Assembly (NCBI GenBank): GCA_027066265.1
Contig: JAMOOB010000490.1
Location: forward strand, 3,111 to 67,110
Direction of reading: 5' to 3'
Source: Desulfurococcales archaeon
GTDB taxonomy: Archaea > Thermoproteota > Thermoprotei_A > Sulfolobales > Ignisphaeraceae
DNA: 64,000 nt
Part shown: positions 1 through 9,556 of the stretch, one piece after another
Position numbering within the stretch: position 1 is the stretch's first letter
Layout of the letters: the number at the start of each line of letters is the position of its first letter
Made by a program: the position numbers and the translations under genes
Notes under the pieces: generated by a model
Told to the model about the DNA's origin: nothing
Seen by the model: only the letters and a program-made list of their open reading frames with translations
Databases searched by the model: none

Positions 1-71
1 TTAGCCATTCTGCCACCCGGAACAGGATGGCTCTAGACAGCTTTTAAACGCGTTGAAAGACATGGGCGAAA

Positions 72-371
72 CTATAGCTCGGCATGCTCCTCACCCTCCT
101 CCTCATTCTCCTCTCTTTCGATGGGTATCTCCCTAACGATGCCGTCGAGATCCACAACACGTATCCTCTCATCCGTAACCTCGAGGATATCACGAACGAG
201 GTAGGTCCTACCCTTCACAACGACGCGCTTGATAGGCTTCCGCCAGTCGAGCCTAGCGCTCTCGTGATGGTTCTTACCCCCAGCTGTGGACACAACCTTT
301 CTGATGTCCTTGGCTGCCGCCGCACCGAGAGCAAGCTTCTTGAGCGCCTCAGCGATCTTCATCTCTCTCAC
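72..371 (-). CDS. small hypothetical protein, paralog of 26574..26834
   Basis: 99-aa ORF. KRVVVKGRTYLVRDILEVTDERIRVVDLDGIVREIP aligns with KRVLIDGQELLVREVLQITPDEIVVVDLDGTVKTIP of 26574..26834. ATG at 362 is an alternative start. Confidence 0.55.
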   Translation of the reverse strand: MREMKIAEALKKLALGAAAAKDIRKVVSTAGGKNHHESARLDWRKPIKRVVVKGRTYLVRDILEVTDERIRVVDLDGIVREIPIEREENEEEGEEHAEL

Positions 372-427
372 TCGCTCTACGTAGAGCGAGGTAGTCGAGG
401 TTATTACTCTAGCAATCTATTCGAGCT

Positions 428-694
428 GTGGTGAGGTACATGGGTAGAGCCATGCTTGTGGTTGCGGCGGTTCTGGCGCTGGCAACGGTTGTTGCGGTGG
501 CTATGCTTGCGTGGTGTCTGAACTCCTTTGCTGCAGCTGCGGCTAGGGCTGCTCAGCAGCATCCGGAGGCTGTGGATATACTGGTACAGGTGTATACAGC
601 GGCTGACGCGTTCGAGAGGTTCGCGATAATGGTTCTATGCCTAGCGGTAGCCACGCTGATAGCCCTGGTAGCCACCATCAGGGGGAGGAGATAG
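428..694 (+). CDS. small two-TM membrane protein
   Basis: 88-aa ORF with two hydrophobic segments (VVAAVLALATVVAVAML, MVLCLAVATLIALVATI). Resembles the small membrane ORFs at 26052 and 26316. ATG at 440 is a likely start. Confidence 0.45.
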   Translation: MVRYMGRAMLVVAAVLALATVVAVAMLAWCLNSFAAAAARAAQQHPEAVDILVQVYTAADAFERFAIMVLCLAVATLIALVATIRGRR

Positions 695-711
695 CGTTGA
701 GAAGACGGGTC

Positions 712-1953
712 TTACCCCGCCTCGGCTTCCTCCTCCTGCTGGGTAGGCATCTCTAGGATCTCGGTGATGCTCTCCTCGGAGCCACCTTTTTCCTTCTCCT
801 CTGCTGCTCTCTGGAGCGCTACCGCTTCCTCCAGGAGCTGCTCTCTTAGCCTGAGCTTCACCTCCATGAGCTTGCTGTAGACGTCGTCCGGGATGTACAG
901 CGGTGGATGCACGGTGGCGAGGATGCTGTGGAGCGTCTTCAGCTCCCTCACGCTCCTGGGCCTGAAGAACCTTCGCGGCGAGGGCTCGTGGCTCTTCTCG
1001 ACCTCTATCCACAGCGTGGCGACTATGTTCAGCCTCTTGATCTTCTCGCCGAAGATGACCAGATCCGTCGACTCGCGGATGGCCTTGGCGAGAGCCTCCT
1101 TGACGTCGCTCGGGAAGAAGAGCGCGCCTATGCCCTCGCGCGAGATCTTGAGCGCCTGGAATATCCTCATGGCGACGAGCTTCTCCTCCTTCGTACCGTA
1201 GATCCAGTACTTGGAGATGGCAGCGGCCGTGTCGTCGAGGATCAGAGCCGGTACGTACCTGCGCTCCCTGGTCACCCTGTGGAGAACCTCTAGAGCCTCC
1301 CTCCTATCGTTGATTATCGCCGCCTTGGCTACCTCCAGCGCCAGCTGCCTGTCTATGTTCATAGCCGTGAGGGCGGTGTAGATCGTGTAGAAGCAGAGCG
1401 TGGTCTTTCCCCCGCCTAGAGGCGACAGAACGGCGATCCTCGTCCCCTCTATCTTCTCGCCCAGGTAGTAGGAGACCGTAGCGTCTATGATGTGCCTAGC
1501 CAGCGGGTTGAACAAGCCCGCGTGCGGCGACAGCAGGTCTAGCACGATGTGCTTCCTGGTCCTCACGAGCCTCGCGAGGTGTAGAACCCCCTTCGACACG
1601 ACCTTGAGCAGGCTGTTGGGGTCCACGTCGGGTACCTCTCCACATAGCAGGGACGTTATGAACTCTGCGAGCAGGCTCAGCGAGCCGTACAGGGTCCTGA
1701 TCTTGTTCGGGTCCAGCCAGAAGATCGAGAACACCAGCATCGCGTAGCGGTGCTTCTGAAGCCTTCTGATGGAGGACGCCGGCGAGGATAGCGTTCTCTC
1801 GGCTACCGCCTCCAGGAAGGGGAGCACCCTCATGTCGCATACGTTCTCCAGCACCTCTATCTTCTGCTCGACCGCGCTGGCGATGATGTCTATCCTCTGC
1901 CTGAGCACCCTATCGAGCTTCTCGAACGCTCTCAGCCTCTCCTCCACGCCCAT
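712..1953 (-). CDS. P-loop NTPase, unknown family
   Basis: 413-aa ORF with Walker A LSPLGGGKTTL and Walker B-like PALILDD. Confidence 0.7.
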   Translation of the reverse strand: MGVEERLRAFEKLDRVLRQRIDIIASAVEQKIEVLENVCDMRVLPFLEAVAERTLSSPASSIRRLQKHRYAMLVFSIFWLDPNKIRTLYGSLSLLAEFITSLLCGEVPDVDPNSLLKVVSKGVLHLARLVRTRKHIVLDLLSPHAGLFNPLARHIIDATVSYYLGEKIEGTRIAVLSPLGGGKTTLCFYTIYTALTAMNIDRQLALEVAKAAIINDRREALEVLHRVTRERRYVPALILDDTAAAISKYWIYGTKEEKLVAMRIFQALKISREGIGALFFPSDVKEALAKAIRESTDLVIFGEKIKRLNIVATLWIEVEKSHEPSPRRFFRPRSVRELKTLHSILATVHPPLYIPDDVYSKLMEVKLRLREQLLEEAVALQRAAEEKEKGGSEESITEILEMPTQQEEEAEAG

Positions 1954-2539
1954 GCTGAGCGCTCCCCCTCTTCCCCGCTCTCCTCCGGCTCATGAACTTG
2001 GCTCTCTGTACGAACGTCTCGTAGTCCATCGTGTCCACCTCTATCTTCGGCAGGTCGTCTACCCTGTAGATCGCTACCCTCATCCCCCTCGGGAAGACCG
2101 CCTCCCCCTCCTCCACTGGCTGGGCCACGGTCCTCAGTATGTTCATCCCCTCGTACTCGGCGATCCTGTCGACACCCATGTTCTCGGCTATCCACCTGGC
2201 CGCTCCAGCCATCGCGTCGTTCAGCCTCGGATCGGATGGCCCTACGCACATGTGGTAGGTGTTCACGAGCACCGGCATGATCGCCGACTCGTCTCTGTAG
2301 ATACAGTTCGCCACGCCTAGGTACACCGTGCACACCGCGAACCGCGGGAGAACCAGGTACCTCCTAACCTTGATCCCCCTGAACCACTTCACGTACCACC
2401 CGGTGTAGATCCCGCTAAGCCGGGAGAGGACCCTTAGCCCGATACTGATGTACCCGCCCCCACCACGGTTATCGATCCGCAGCTCAGCGCTAAGCCAGGC
2501 GCTGTCCGGAACCGGAACGATCGTTACGCGGATGGACAT
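1910..2539 (-). CDS. hypothetical protein
   Basis: 209-aa ORF overlapping the start of the downstream P-loop gene. No recognisable motif. Confidence 0.5.
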   Translation of the reverse strand: MSIRVTIVPVPDSAWLSAELRIDNRGGGGYISIGLRVLSRLSGIYTGWYVKWFRGIKVRRYLVLPRFAVCTVYLGVANCIYRDESAIMPVLVNTYHMCVGPSDPRLNDAMAGAARWIAENMGVDRIAEYEGMNILRTVAQPVEEGEAVFPRGMRVAIYRVDDLPKIEVDTMDYETFVQRAKFMSRRRAGKRGSAQHGRGGEAESVREAR

Positions 2540-2706
2540 GGTATCACCCTTGCGTAATATCTATACTATGTCATGGGATACAGTATACCATGCATCTACG
2601 TAGCGTTAACGCTGCAGAAAGGCTCGCTACCACCGCTATCCCCGGGCTATAGAGGTATAGACGAGGCTATATCCTTGCCGCGCGCTCACAGCTGCGGGTG
2701 TAGCAC

Positions 2707-3831
2707 ATGCGTCTCCTGATCCTGGGGTGGGAGACGCCCTTCGTCTTCACGTACGGTGGTCTAGGCACGTTCCTGGAGCATCTGGGTAGAGCGCTGGATA
2801 GTATAGGTGTAGAGACGTGGTTCCTGGGCTGCATACCCGAGGGATGGGAGAGGAGGAGGGCTGAGCTAGGGTATGTCAGGAGCGTTGCGTGCTGCAGGGT
2901 TGTGGACCTGGGTAGGAGGAACGTTGCCGAGATAGCTAGGCAGATACTCGTGCATACGTACCACGCCGCGAAGCTCCTGAGGCCGGACGCCATCATCGCC
3001 AACGACTACCATACGGCGGTAGCGGTCGTAGCCGCGAACGAGCTCGAGATCCCGTTCATCTACTACCTCCACACCGCGTCGGTAAGCGGAGCCGAGCTGA
3101 TGGCTGTAAGGCTCGCGGAGGCTGTCGCCGCGAACAGTAAGATCAGTATGGATGCGGTGGAGACGATGCTGAGCATAACGCGGTTCGTCCACCCACCGCC
3201 GCAGCCACCCATCCTAAGAGTGATCCATCCTGCTGCACCACAGCTGTTCGCAGGTGATGAGGAGAGGGAGCTTGCGGAGAAGCTGAGGAGGTCTCTAGGT
3301 ACTAAGTACGTTGTTGGATGTGTAACGAGGAATCAGCCGAACAAGGGCTGGGATCTTCTGCTGAAGGCTGTGAGAGAGCTTAGGCGCGAGGGGCTGGATC
3401 TAGGTCTGGTGATGGGCGGGAGAGGTATCCCCCGCGCAGAGGAGCCGGGTATCAGGCTTCTTGGAGACCTCGACGAGAAGACGAAGATAGCTATCTACCT
3501 AGCCTCAGACCTCGTCGTATATCCATCGACCTACGAGCCATTCGGGCTAGTACCGCTAGAAGCTGCATACCTAGGCAAACCAGTTGCAGTGTCGAAGAGA
3601 TGCGGAGTTCTAGAGCTGCTGAGGTCCGCACCGAGCTTCGAGCCAACCGTTGAGGGAATAGCCAGCACTATCAAGAGGCTTCTGCTAGAGGAGGACCTCG
3701 AGAAGATAGCCAGCGCCGTCGCGGCGGAGGCTAGGTCTAGAACATGGTACGACGTAGCAAAGGAGCTTCTACAGCTCGTGAAGGATGCGCAGGCATACAT
3801 GCCTAGACACAGAGACGAGAACATCGTGTGA
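2707..3831 (+). CDS. glycosyltransferase, GT-B fold, family 4-like
   Basis: N-terminal MRLLILGWETPFVFTYGGLGTF and C-terminal YPSTYEPFGLVPLEAAYLGKPVAV (E-x7-E motif). TATA-like GCTATATCC at 2666-2674, palindrome variant at 2686. Confidence 0.85.
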   Translation: MRLLILGWETPFVFTYGGLGTFLEHLGRALDSIGVETWFLGCIPEGWERRRAELGYVRSVACCRVVDLGRRNVAEIARQILVHTYHAAKLLRPDAIIANDYHTAVAVVAANELEIPFIYYLHTASVSGAELMAVRLAEAVAANSKISMDAVETMLSITRFVHPPPQPPILRVIHPAAPQLFAGDEERELAEKLRRSLGTKYVVGCVTRNQPNKGWDLLLKAVRELRREGLDLGLVMGGRGIPRAEEPGIRLLGDLDEKTKIAIYLASDLVVYPSTYEPFGLVPLEAAYLGKPVAVSKRCGVLELLRSAPSFEPTVEGIASTIKRLLLEEDLEKIASAVAAEARSRTWYDVAKELLQLVKDAQAYMPRHRDENIV

Positions 3832-3856
3832 AGAAGCGCGTACACGAAGAGGCTTG

Positions 3857-3960
3857 GAGTGCACCACACGACCATAACCCTCCATTCCTGCGGGGGTTCT
3901 GCAACGTTCAGAGTGCACCTAACCACAACCAAACAATAGAGAAACACCGCGTTTCTTCGC
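3857..3960 (+). repeat. GTGCACC-box element, copy D
   Basis: AGTGCACC (3858) -N- CTCCATTCCTGCG -N- AGTGCACC (3912), then CAAACAATAGA. Lies 3' of the GT gene. Confidence 0.6.
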
Positions 3961-4155
3961 ATGTATACCCCCGCCGCAACTGAAAGTATTCTGCACATAG
4001 CTCTGAAGGACCCGATGTGTGCAACACCCACTGGTTTCGGGCACCCACAGCTGCAGACAAAGGTAGCTGAAGGAGGTGTCTATCCAGCCGAGCGAAAGAT
4101 AGCCGTGCCGGGCGCCCCATTAGAGATCGGTCGTGACCCCAGCTGTGGGGTGCGG

Positions 4156-4539
4156 CTACTCGCTGAACTTCTTCTCAAGGTGTCTAAACGGACATTCTTT
4201 CCAGTACTTTTCGCAGAGCTCGACATCCCATCGGGTTAGGTATGTTCCTCGCACCATGCAGTACACGACGAAGAAGCCGTCCTCGGTCTTCTCAACAGCT
4301 GCGTATTCGCATCCTATCTTGGGCTCCTTTGTCATGCCGGAGATGACGATGCACGGCTTTGTCCTTACGTACTCGGGCTTCTTCTTTCGCTGCTCCTGGA
4401 GCTTAGCTGGATCGACATAGTATGCACAGCTCCTGTACTGGTCATCGGATAGGCATCTCTGTGGAGAAACGACTAGGTCTGTAGCTGTTTCCAGAGCGGG
4501 TGAGGTGCACATACCGTCCCTGTACCAGGGGCACGGCAA
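4156..4539 (-). CDS. cysteine-rich hypothetical protein, possibly metal-binding
   Basis: 127-aa ORF with about 10 Cys (MPCPWYRDGMC..., LCEKYWKECPF). Confidence 0.6.
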   Translation of the reverse strand: MPCPWYRDGMCTSPALETATDLVVSPQRCLSDDQYRSCAYYVDPAKLQEQRKKKPEYVRTKPCIVISGMTKEPKIGCEYAAVEKTEDGFFVVYCMVRGTYLTRWDVELCEKYWKECPFRHLEKKFSE

Positions 4540-4553
4540 GGGTGGTCACCGCG

Positions 4554-5111
4554 CTAGATCTCGGAGCAGAGCTGTAGCAGCTGGCTATAGAACTGCGATC
4601 CCTTGAGCATCTTCAGCGTCTCGCTGGTGCATACGATCAGAGCTATTCTCCTGAGCCTATCGACCTTGGCGGTTTCGAGCTGCTTCTGCAGGAAGTCTAT
4701 GTGGCGCTTATACTCCTCTAGCTGCTTCCTAAGAAGCTCGATCTCGGTCTCCCTGCTTCTCTTCGCATGCTCTACCTCGCTGTTCAGCTTCTTTATCGTG
4801 TCCCTCAGAAGCGCGTTCTCCTCCCTAAGCCTATCGATCTCCTTCCTAAGACGCTCGTTCTCCTCCCTACACTGCTGGTGAGCAAGCATAGCAGCCTCCA
4901 GGTACTCCTTCAGCGTAGCAACATCGATAGGGATAGCCTTACCAATCCTCTTGTACTCCATGATCATAGATCTGAACATCTCGGCAAGCATATGCTTCTC
5001 AGACCTGGAGTACGTATGCCACGTATTGTACACGATCTCGTCCGCCTTGATACAGATCTGGAACTTCTTCTCAACCTTAGCATCAGAACGAACCTGGGGA
5101 CCGAGAGACAT
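4554..5111 (-). CDS. coiled-coil protein
   Basis: 185-aa ORF with long heptad-like E/K/L/R-rich stretch (ENERLRKEIDRLREENALLRDTIKKLNSEVEH). TATA TTTATATATG and G-run GGGGTTAGAT lie upstream of the ATG. Confidence 0.65.
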   Translation of the reverse strand: MSLGPQVRSDAKVEKKFQICIKADEIVYNTWHTYSRSEKHMLAEMFRSMIMEYKRIGKAIPIDVATLKEYLEAAMLAHQQCREENERLRKEIDRLREENALLRDTIKKLNSEVEHAKRSRETEIELLRKQLEEYKRHIDFLQKQLETAKVDRLRRIALIVCTSETLKMLKGSQFYSQLLQLCSEI

Positions 5112-5479
5112 ATCTAACCCCTATCCAACCCTCTGACCATCAAACATATATAAACCATACACATACGAAACAATAGAGCATCGAAGAACCTATGGCTTCC
5201 ACTGGAGCCACTAGATACACTACTACTCTCTACTCTGAGAGCCCCCTACATCGCCATAGAGCCCCGTCACCCTATTAAGCCACGGATGACACCAGGGTTG
5301 GACAGCAATATGTACAAAGAATGGACTCTCCAACCAGCCGGTTAGACACATATCGTATGAGCCCCCAGCTCCACTGCTTTTCTATAGAACCGCTTTGGTT
5401 GATAAGAACCTGAACCAGTGACCAGGTAATAAGGTTCGCTAACAAGCGAACCGCTTTCTATCCCTCTCCAAGAGACATC

Positions 5480-5680
5480 AAGAAGCGTTCTGAACGGATC
5501 GAGAATCACATTCCTTTCCTTCTCGATTCTTAACGTTCATTTAATAAGAATGTTTGTATAAAGAAAATATTCGATTCTTTATACATTTAATCGCTTATAC
5601 ATGTATAAACCGATTCTTATCGATTCGATAAGAAGTTAAACCGCTTCAAAGAATTGAAGCCTCGATTCTTTGAAGATAGA
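5480..5680. other. AT-rich, dyad-rich region; candidate replication origin or complex control region
   Basis: Four CGATTCTT boxes (5524, 5572, 5611, 5663), palindrome CTTATCGA-T-TCGATAAG (5615-5631), and inverted repeats TGTATAAAG/CTTTATACA and TTTATACAT/ATGTATAAA. Confidence 0.4.
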
Positions 5681-5855
5681 GACCCCGATGGCTAAGGCTC
5701 TCCAACCGGGTGGTTGGAAACCAAATGGGGTTATCCAACCCTGTCCCTATCTCAGAGTGGACAACCTGAAGGAGGGGGATTGTGAAGAGAGCCCCCGGGT
5801 CTCTCTAGGGGGTAGTGGTATCCAGAGGAAGCCGGGGTCTCTATCTATGGTGTGG

Positions 5856-6617
5856 TCATATAAACATTGTGGCTAGGGATATGACGGGTAGTAGCCTCAC
5901 GAATATGATCCCGATGTTGAGCCCTAGGACTCTGTATGGTGGTAGCTGGTAGACGTGGAACAGGTTCGCTAGGATAATCGGTGTGAAGATCAGTGCCAGG
6001 GTTCTGAATGTCTTGTCTATCCTGATCGATCCTAGCTTGGCTAGCAGCGGGGCTAGCGCGATCCAGCTAAGCATCTTTGTGTCCAGCAGGAACGTGAATG
6101 GAAAGTGTATGTCGAGGTCGTAGTAGCAGAGAACCACCAGCTCCCTTACATCCGATAGAAACGTGTATGCATAGGTCATCCTAACCAGGAGCTCCCCAAC
6201 GCAGCAGCTCCTCCATAGATAGCCCAGCACAATCATCGAGATGGTGTAGCTCAGAGCAGCCTCCACTCTCTTGATGCTGGGGCAGTGCAGAGCCATTCCC
6301 ACAGCTGGGAGCACGGACATGAGCGCCACGAGCAGGATCCGCATCCACCGCGCATCTACTCTGAGGTACCACAAGACGAAGCCTAGGGCTAGCATTACGC
6401 CTATTATCAGATCGATCTTCACGGCCCACGTAACCGGGAAGAAGAGTGGTAGCATGAAGGTTCTGGCGAAGTAGAATATGGCTAGAGCTAGCTCCCAAGA
6501 CCTACCGATCCTGATATAGCTGTACAGCGCTATAGCAAGGGCAACGAGGTTCAGCTCCGCTGCTATGATAGCCCATCCCATCATGGCTTGATGCCTACCA
6601 TAACGAGGTCGTTGCAT
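5856..6617 (-). CDS. polytopic membrane protein
   Basis: 253-aa ORF with at least 7 hydrophobic segments. Lies in a cluster with GT, MTase and membrane genes. Confidence 0.6.
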   Translation of the reverse strand: MQRPRYGRHQAMMGWAIIAAELNLVALAIALYSYIRIGRSWELALAIFYFARTFMLPLFFPVTWAVKIDLIIGVMLALGFVLWYLRVDARWMRILLVALMSVLPAVGMALHCPSIKRVEAALSYTISMIVLGYLWRSCCVGELLVRMTYAYTFLSDVRELVVLCYYDLDIHFPFTFLLDTKMLSWIALAPLLAKLGSIRIDKTFRTLALIFTPIILANLFHVYQLPPYRVLGLNIGIIFVRLLPVISLATMFI

Positions 6618-7072
6618 GTCAGAGCGAGGATCCAGCCGATAGCCTTCCTGATGGGTCTGGGGATCAGGTCCCCTATGTTATCCCCGTAGCTGTGCCTAGT
6701 CACGAACCCTGCTTCCCGCAGCATCTTTCTCAGCTTCAGAAAGCTGAAGACGTGTCTGTGGTCCGGATCTCTGTACGCGTTGCTCGATAGGAAGTTCGGT
6801 GCCGCTATCAGAACCCTGCCTCCCCGCTTGAGCACCCTGTAGCATTCGCGGAGAAACTGCTGTGGGTTGCTGAGGTGCTCGATAACGTGTACCGCTACAA
6901 CCCTTGAGAAGACCCCCGATCTGAAGGGGAGTAGATGGGCGTCCGCAGCAACCCACTCGGCATCGGGCTTCTCCCTGGGTGGATGGATATCGAGGAAAAC
7001 GGTGTTGAGGGAGGGCTTGAGGAACGGTCTGAACCTGTAGCCCCCCGCTCCAGGACCTACCTCTAGCTCCAT
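6581..7072 (-). CDS. class I SAM-dependent methyltransferase (Methyltransf_11-like)
   Basis: Motif I LEVGPGAGG, then VVAVHVIEHL and LKRGGRVLIAAPN. No DNA-MTase DPPY or PC/ENV motifs. Confidence 0.75.
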   Translation of the reverse strand: MELEVGPGAGGYRFRPFLKPSLNTVFLDIHPPREKPDAEWVAADAHLLPFRSGVFSRVVAVHVIEHLSNPQQFLRECYRVLKRGGRVLIAAPNFLSSNAYRDPDHRHVFSFLKLRKMLREAGFVTRHSYGDNIGDLIPRPIRKAIGWILALTCNDLVMVGIKP

Positions 7073-7082
7073 AGCCCTAGCC

Positions 7083-7466
7083 TCACTCCGCCCATCTTCT
7101 GAGAACCCTTATCGCCTCCTCGTTCCTGCCCTGCGCGATGAGGAGCAGAGCCCTCGCAAGATCGCGCGCGTACGGCGATGCCTCTGCAGCTAGAGCCTGA
7201 TCCACCGGGACAGCCAGCTTCTTGTAGTCTAGCCACCCTATCACCACAGCTGCGGGAACGTAGATGGTCAGGAACGTGATCGCGAAGGCGATCAGGTTGG
7301 AGAACACCAGCTTCAGCGCAGGTACGTACTCGATCAGCAGCCTGTACTGTATAACGATGAAGTTCGCGAACGATATCAGGAAGACGAGGTACGTGCTGTG
7401 ACCGCGCCTAAAGTAGGTCCAGAGCCTAAGTATCCTCTCCTTCCACATCCTGCTACACCCTGCCAA
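7083..7466 (-). CDS. membrane protein
   Basis: 127-aa ORF with 2-3 TM segments. Overlaps neighbouring genes in an operon-like way. Confidence 0.55.
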   Translation of the reverse strand: MAGCSRMWKERILRLWTYFRRGHSTYLVFLISFANFIVIQYRLLIEYVPALKLVFSNLIAFAITFLTIYVPAAVVIGWLDYKKLAVPVDQALAAEASPYARDLARALLLIAQGRNEEAIRVLRRWAE

Positions 7467-8646
7467 CGGCTCTGCTCAGCTGCTTAACCTCGGCTACGTA
7501 GCTGATCAGCTCGAGCATCCTCCTCCCGAAGACCTCCGTCGAGAACCGCTTCGCGTGCTCGATGCCTCTAGCCCTGAGCTCCCTGTAGAGCCTCTGGTCG
7601 CTCTCGAGCCTCCTGATTATGCTCGGCACCTCCTCTATCGAGCGGTAGCCCAGCATCGGCGAGAGCGGGGATACGATATCCGTCCAGGCGCCTCCATCCC
7701 TGTAGACCAGCGGTACGGCTCCAGCCGCCATCGCCTCTACGACGGATATCCCGAAGTGCTCGGCGTACGGCGGGTGCAGATATATCATCGCGTGCTCGAG
7801 GTAGCTGAGCAGCCTGTGCCTCGGGCAGTTGGGCTCGAGAACCACGTTGTCGAGCCTTCTCCTCCTAGCCTCCTCGGCGATCGCGCTGTAGTAGCCGGCT
7901 GTGTACCTATCCACGGTTCCGGCTATGACGAACGTGTGGTCCCTCATCCTCTCGGCGACGTCGAGGATAGCCATAAGGTTCTTCTCCGGCGTGAACCTGG
8001 ATACCGTTACAACCAGCTTCTCGCGCACATCGTTGCTCGCCACCCGCGAGAAGGTCTCTACGTCTACTGGAGGATGAACAACGTCTGCTACCACCCCGTA
8101 GAGCCTGTAGATCAGACCCGCTGTCCATCGAGAGTTGGTTACGACCCTACCCGCCTTCGCGTTCCTGAAGCGCGTATCGATGTACCTCCTCACGAGCCAG
8201 TTGTAGACCCTCCAGTGGATGCCCCTCTTAGCGGGATCACCGCTCCTGTAGAGCGCCAGCGCCGGGTAGTGGATGTAGCTGATATCGGCTGGAGCAACGA
8301 TGTTGCTCTGCGTCTCGATAACAACGTCGTACTCGTCTCGATACGGCTCCACGAACTCCTTGAACAGCCTGCGGTATACCATCAGCCTCCTCAGGCGAAC
8401 GAGCCTACCCCTGGAAACACACTTCAGCGCCTCGGCGAGCCCAACCCTCTTCACAACGATCCTGAGCCTCGATATATCGATACCGAAGATCATCCTAACG
8501 ACGTCTCTATCCAGCTCCGTAGAGGTGAGAACCGTTACATCGTGACCCGCGTTCCGGAGGATATCGGCTAGCCTAAGCGAGAGATGCTCGCCACCACCAA
8601 GAGTATCGTACAGCGCGTGAACTATCAGCACACGCAAAGCGTTCAC
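7453..8646 (-). CDS. glycosyltransferase, family 4-like
   Basis: RVLIVHALYDTLGGGEHLSLRLA at the N-terminus and PPYAEHFGISVVEAMAAGAVPLVYRDGG at the C-terminus. Confidence 0.85.
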   Translation of the reverse strand: MNALRVLIVHALYDTLGGGEHLSLRLADILRNAGHDVTVLTSTELDRDVVRMIFGIDISRLRIVVKRVGLAEALKCVSRGRLVRLRRLMVYRRLFKEFVEPYRDEYDVVIETQSNIVAPADISYIHYPALALYRSGDPAKRGIHWRVYNWLVRRYIDTRFRNAKAGRVVTNSRWTAGLIYRLYGVVADVVHPPVDVETFSRVASNDVREKLVVTVSRFTPEKNLMAILDVAERMRDHTFVIAGTVDRYTAGYYSAIAEEARRRRLDNVVLEPNCPRHRLLSYLEHAMIYLHPPYAEHFGISVVEAMAAGAVPLVYRDGGAWTDIVSPLSPMLGYRSIEEVPSIIRRLESDQRLYRELRARGIEHAKRFSTEVFGRRMLELISYVAEVKQLSRAVGRV

Positions 8647-8701
8647 CGAACAGCGCTATCCACAACAAACAAATATGCTCGCTCTAGCGACCTAGCCATA
8701 G

Positions 8702-8713
8702 CCACAGCTGTGG
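8702..8713. promoter_or_regulatory. CCACAGCTGTGG palindrome (perfect)
   Basis: Centred in the divergent intergenic region, about 55 nt from both starts (8646 minus, 8768 plus). Confidence 0.7.
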
Positions 8714-8767
8714 GTATGTAGAGCAAGCATATGAGTTCCCTAGACATAGAACGGCGCTGGTAAGAGC

Positions 8768-8995
8768 ATGAGGATCAACGGGGTTCTGCGTATCGCCACC
8801 ATAGCGATGTTCATGTTGGCGCCGTTCGTAGTTCAAGAGCTAGAGAGGTATCCGCCTAGCAGACACATCGTAGGGTGTGTAACAGGTATGGTTCCGGCTA
8901 TCGCCACTATCATCGCTGTCATAGCTCTGCTCATCTCCGTTAGCTGGCTAGCGATCCGCTTCCTGCCGTATATCGATCGCGAGAGACCTGACTGA
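8768..8995 (+). CDS. small membrane protein
   Basis: 75-aa ORF with two TM segments, divergent from the GT gene. A perfect palindrome (8702) is centred in the divergent intergenic region. Confidence 0.4.
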   Translation: MRINGVLRIATIAMFMLAPFVVQELERYPPSRHIVGCVTGMVPAIATIIAVIALLISVSWLAIRFLPYIDRERPD

Positions 8996-9077
8996 GACCA
9001 CGGTTCTCCAGGAGAAGCGGAGGGGGGTGGTAATACCATAAAAACGGGTTTGGGATTGGGTGGAGCAGGGTTTTTCT

Positions 9078-9548
9078 CTACCTCGCTCTTGCGATGGCGA
9101 GTAGCTCTCTTCTCTTCTCCTCCTCTGTCCTGGTCCTGATCGGCTCGACCACGACGACTCTCGCTGCTATTCCTAGCCTCTTGAGCTCCTCGGCGACCTT
9201 CCTAGCGTTTGGTCCGGCTAGGTATACGACTGCGTATGGTGGTAGCCTCCAGTACTCCAGTACGTATCTAACCAGCTCCTCCACCTCCTTCATCTCCTTC
9301 GCTCCGTAGTGCTTCCTAGCCAGCGCGATGAGGTAGATCAGCCTCCTCCTGGCTAGCTCCCTGGTCATCGGTATCCTCCTTCCGTAGCTATCGTATGTCC
9401 ACCCGCGCTTCAGGTCCCTCAGGATCAGCGCCGCTATCGATGCAGCAGTATACCTATCCACGCCTTTGCCAGGGACAAACACCCCCTCGTAGATGGCGTA
9501 CCAGCTCCTAGGACCCTCATACTTGTTCCTTCTACCCACCTCCCACAC
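9078..9548 (-). CDS. hypothetical protein
   Basis: 156-aa ORF with basic C-terminus. C-rich, T-tract terminator-like sequence downstream (9001-9077). Confidence 0.6.
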   Translation of the reverse strand: MWEVGRRNKYEGPRSWYAIYEGVFVPGKGVDRYTAASIAALILRDLKRGWTYDSYGRRIPMTRELARRRLIYLIALARKHYGAKEMKEVEELVRYVLEYWRLPPYAVVYLAGPNARKVAEELKRLGIAARVVVVEPIRTRTEEEKRRELLAIARAR

Positions 9549-9556
9549 CTACGACC

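Noticed and set aside
1-63. 20-aa minus-strand ORF ending exactly at position 1
   Set aside because: It is too short, has no start context and no support. Probably coincidental.
3908-4239. 70-aa minus and 92-aa plus ORFs in the convergent gap after the GT gene
   Set aside because: The region holds the GTGCACC element copy D and two palindrome variants. Neither ORF has a convincing start context or a paralog, so I treated the gap as non-coding.
6581-7072. Palindrome core CAGCTG (PvuII site) as the target of a restriction-modification system, with this methyltransferase as the partner
   Set aside because: The methyltransferase has only generic class I SAM motifs and no DNA-MTase catalytic motifs (DPPY, or PC and ENV). 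No endonuclease candidate is adjacent. The conserved unit is 12-20 bp and positioned at gene junctions, not a 6-bp site under avoidance or enrichment.
7555-8571. 338-aa plus-strand ORF
   Set aside because: It is antisense to the glycosyltransferase 7453..8646, which has clear GT4 motifs. P/R/V-rich shadow frame.
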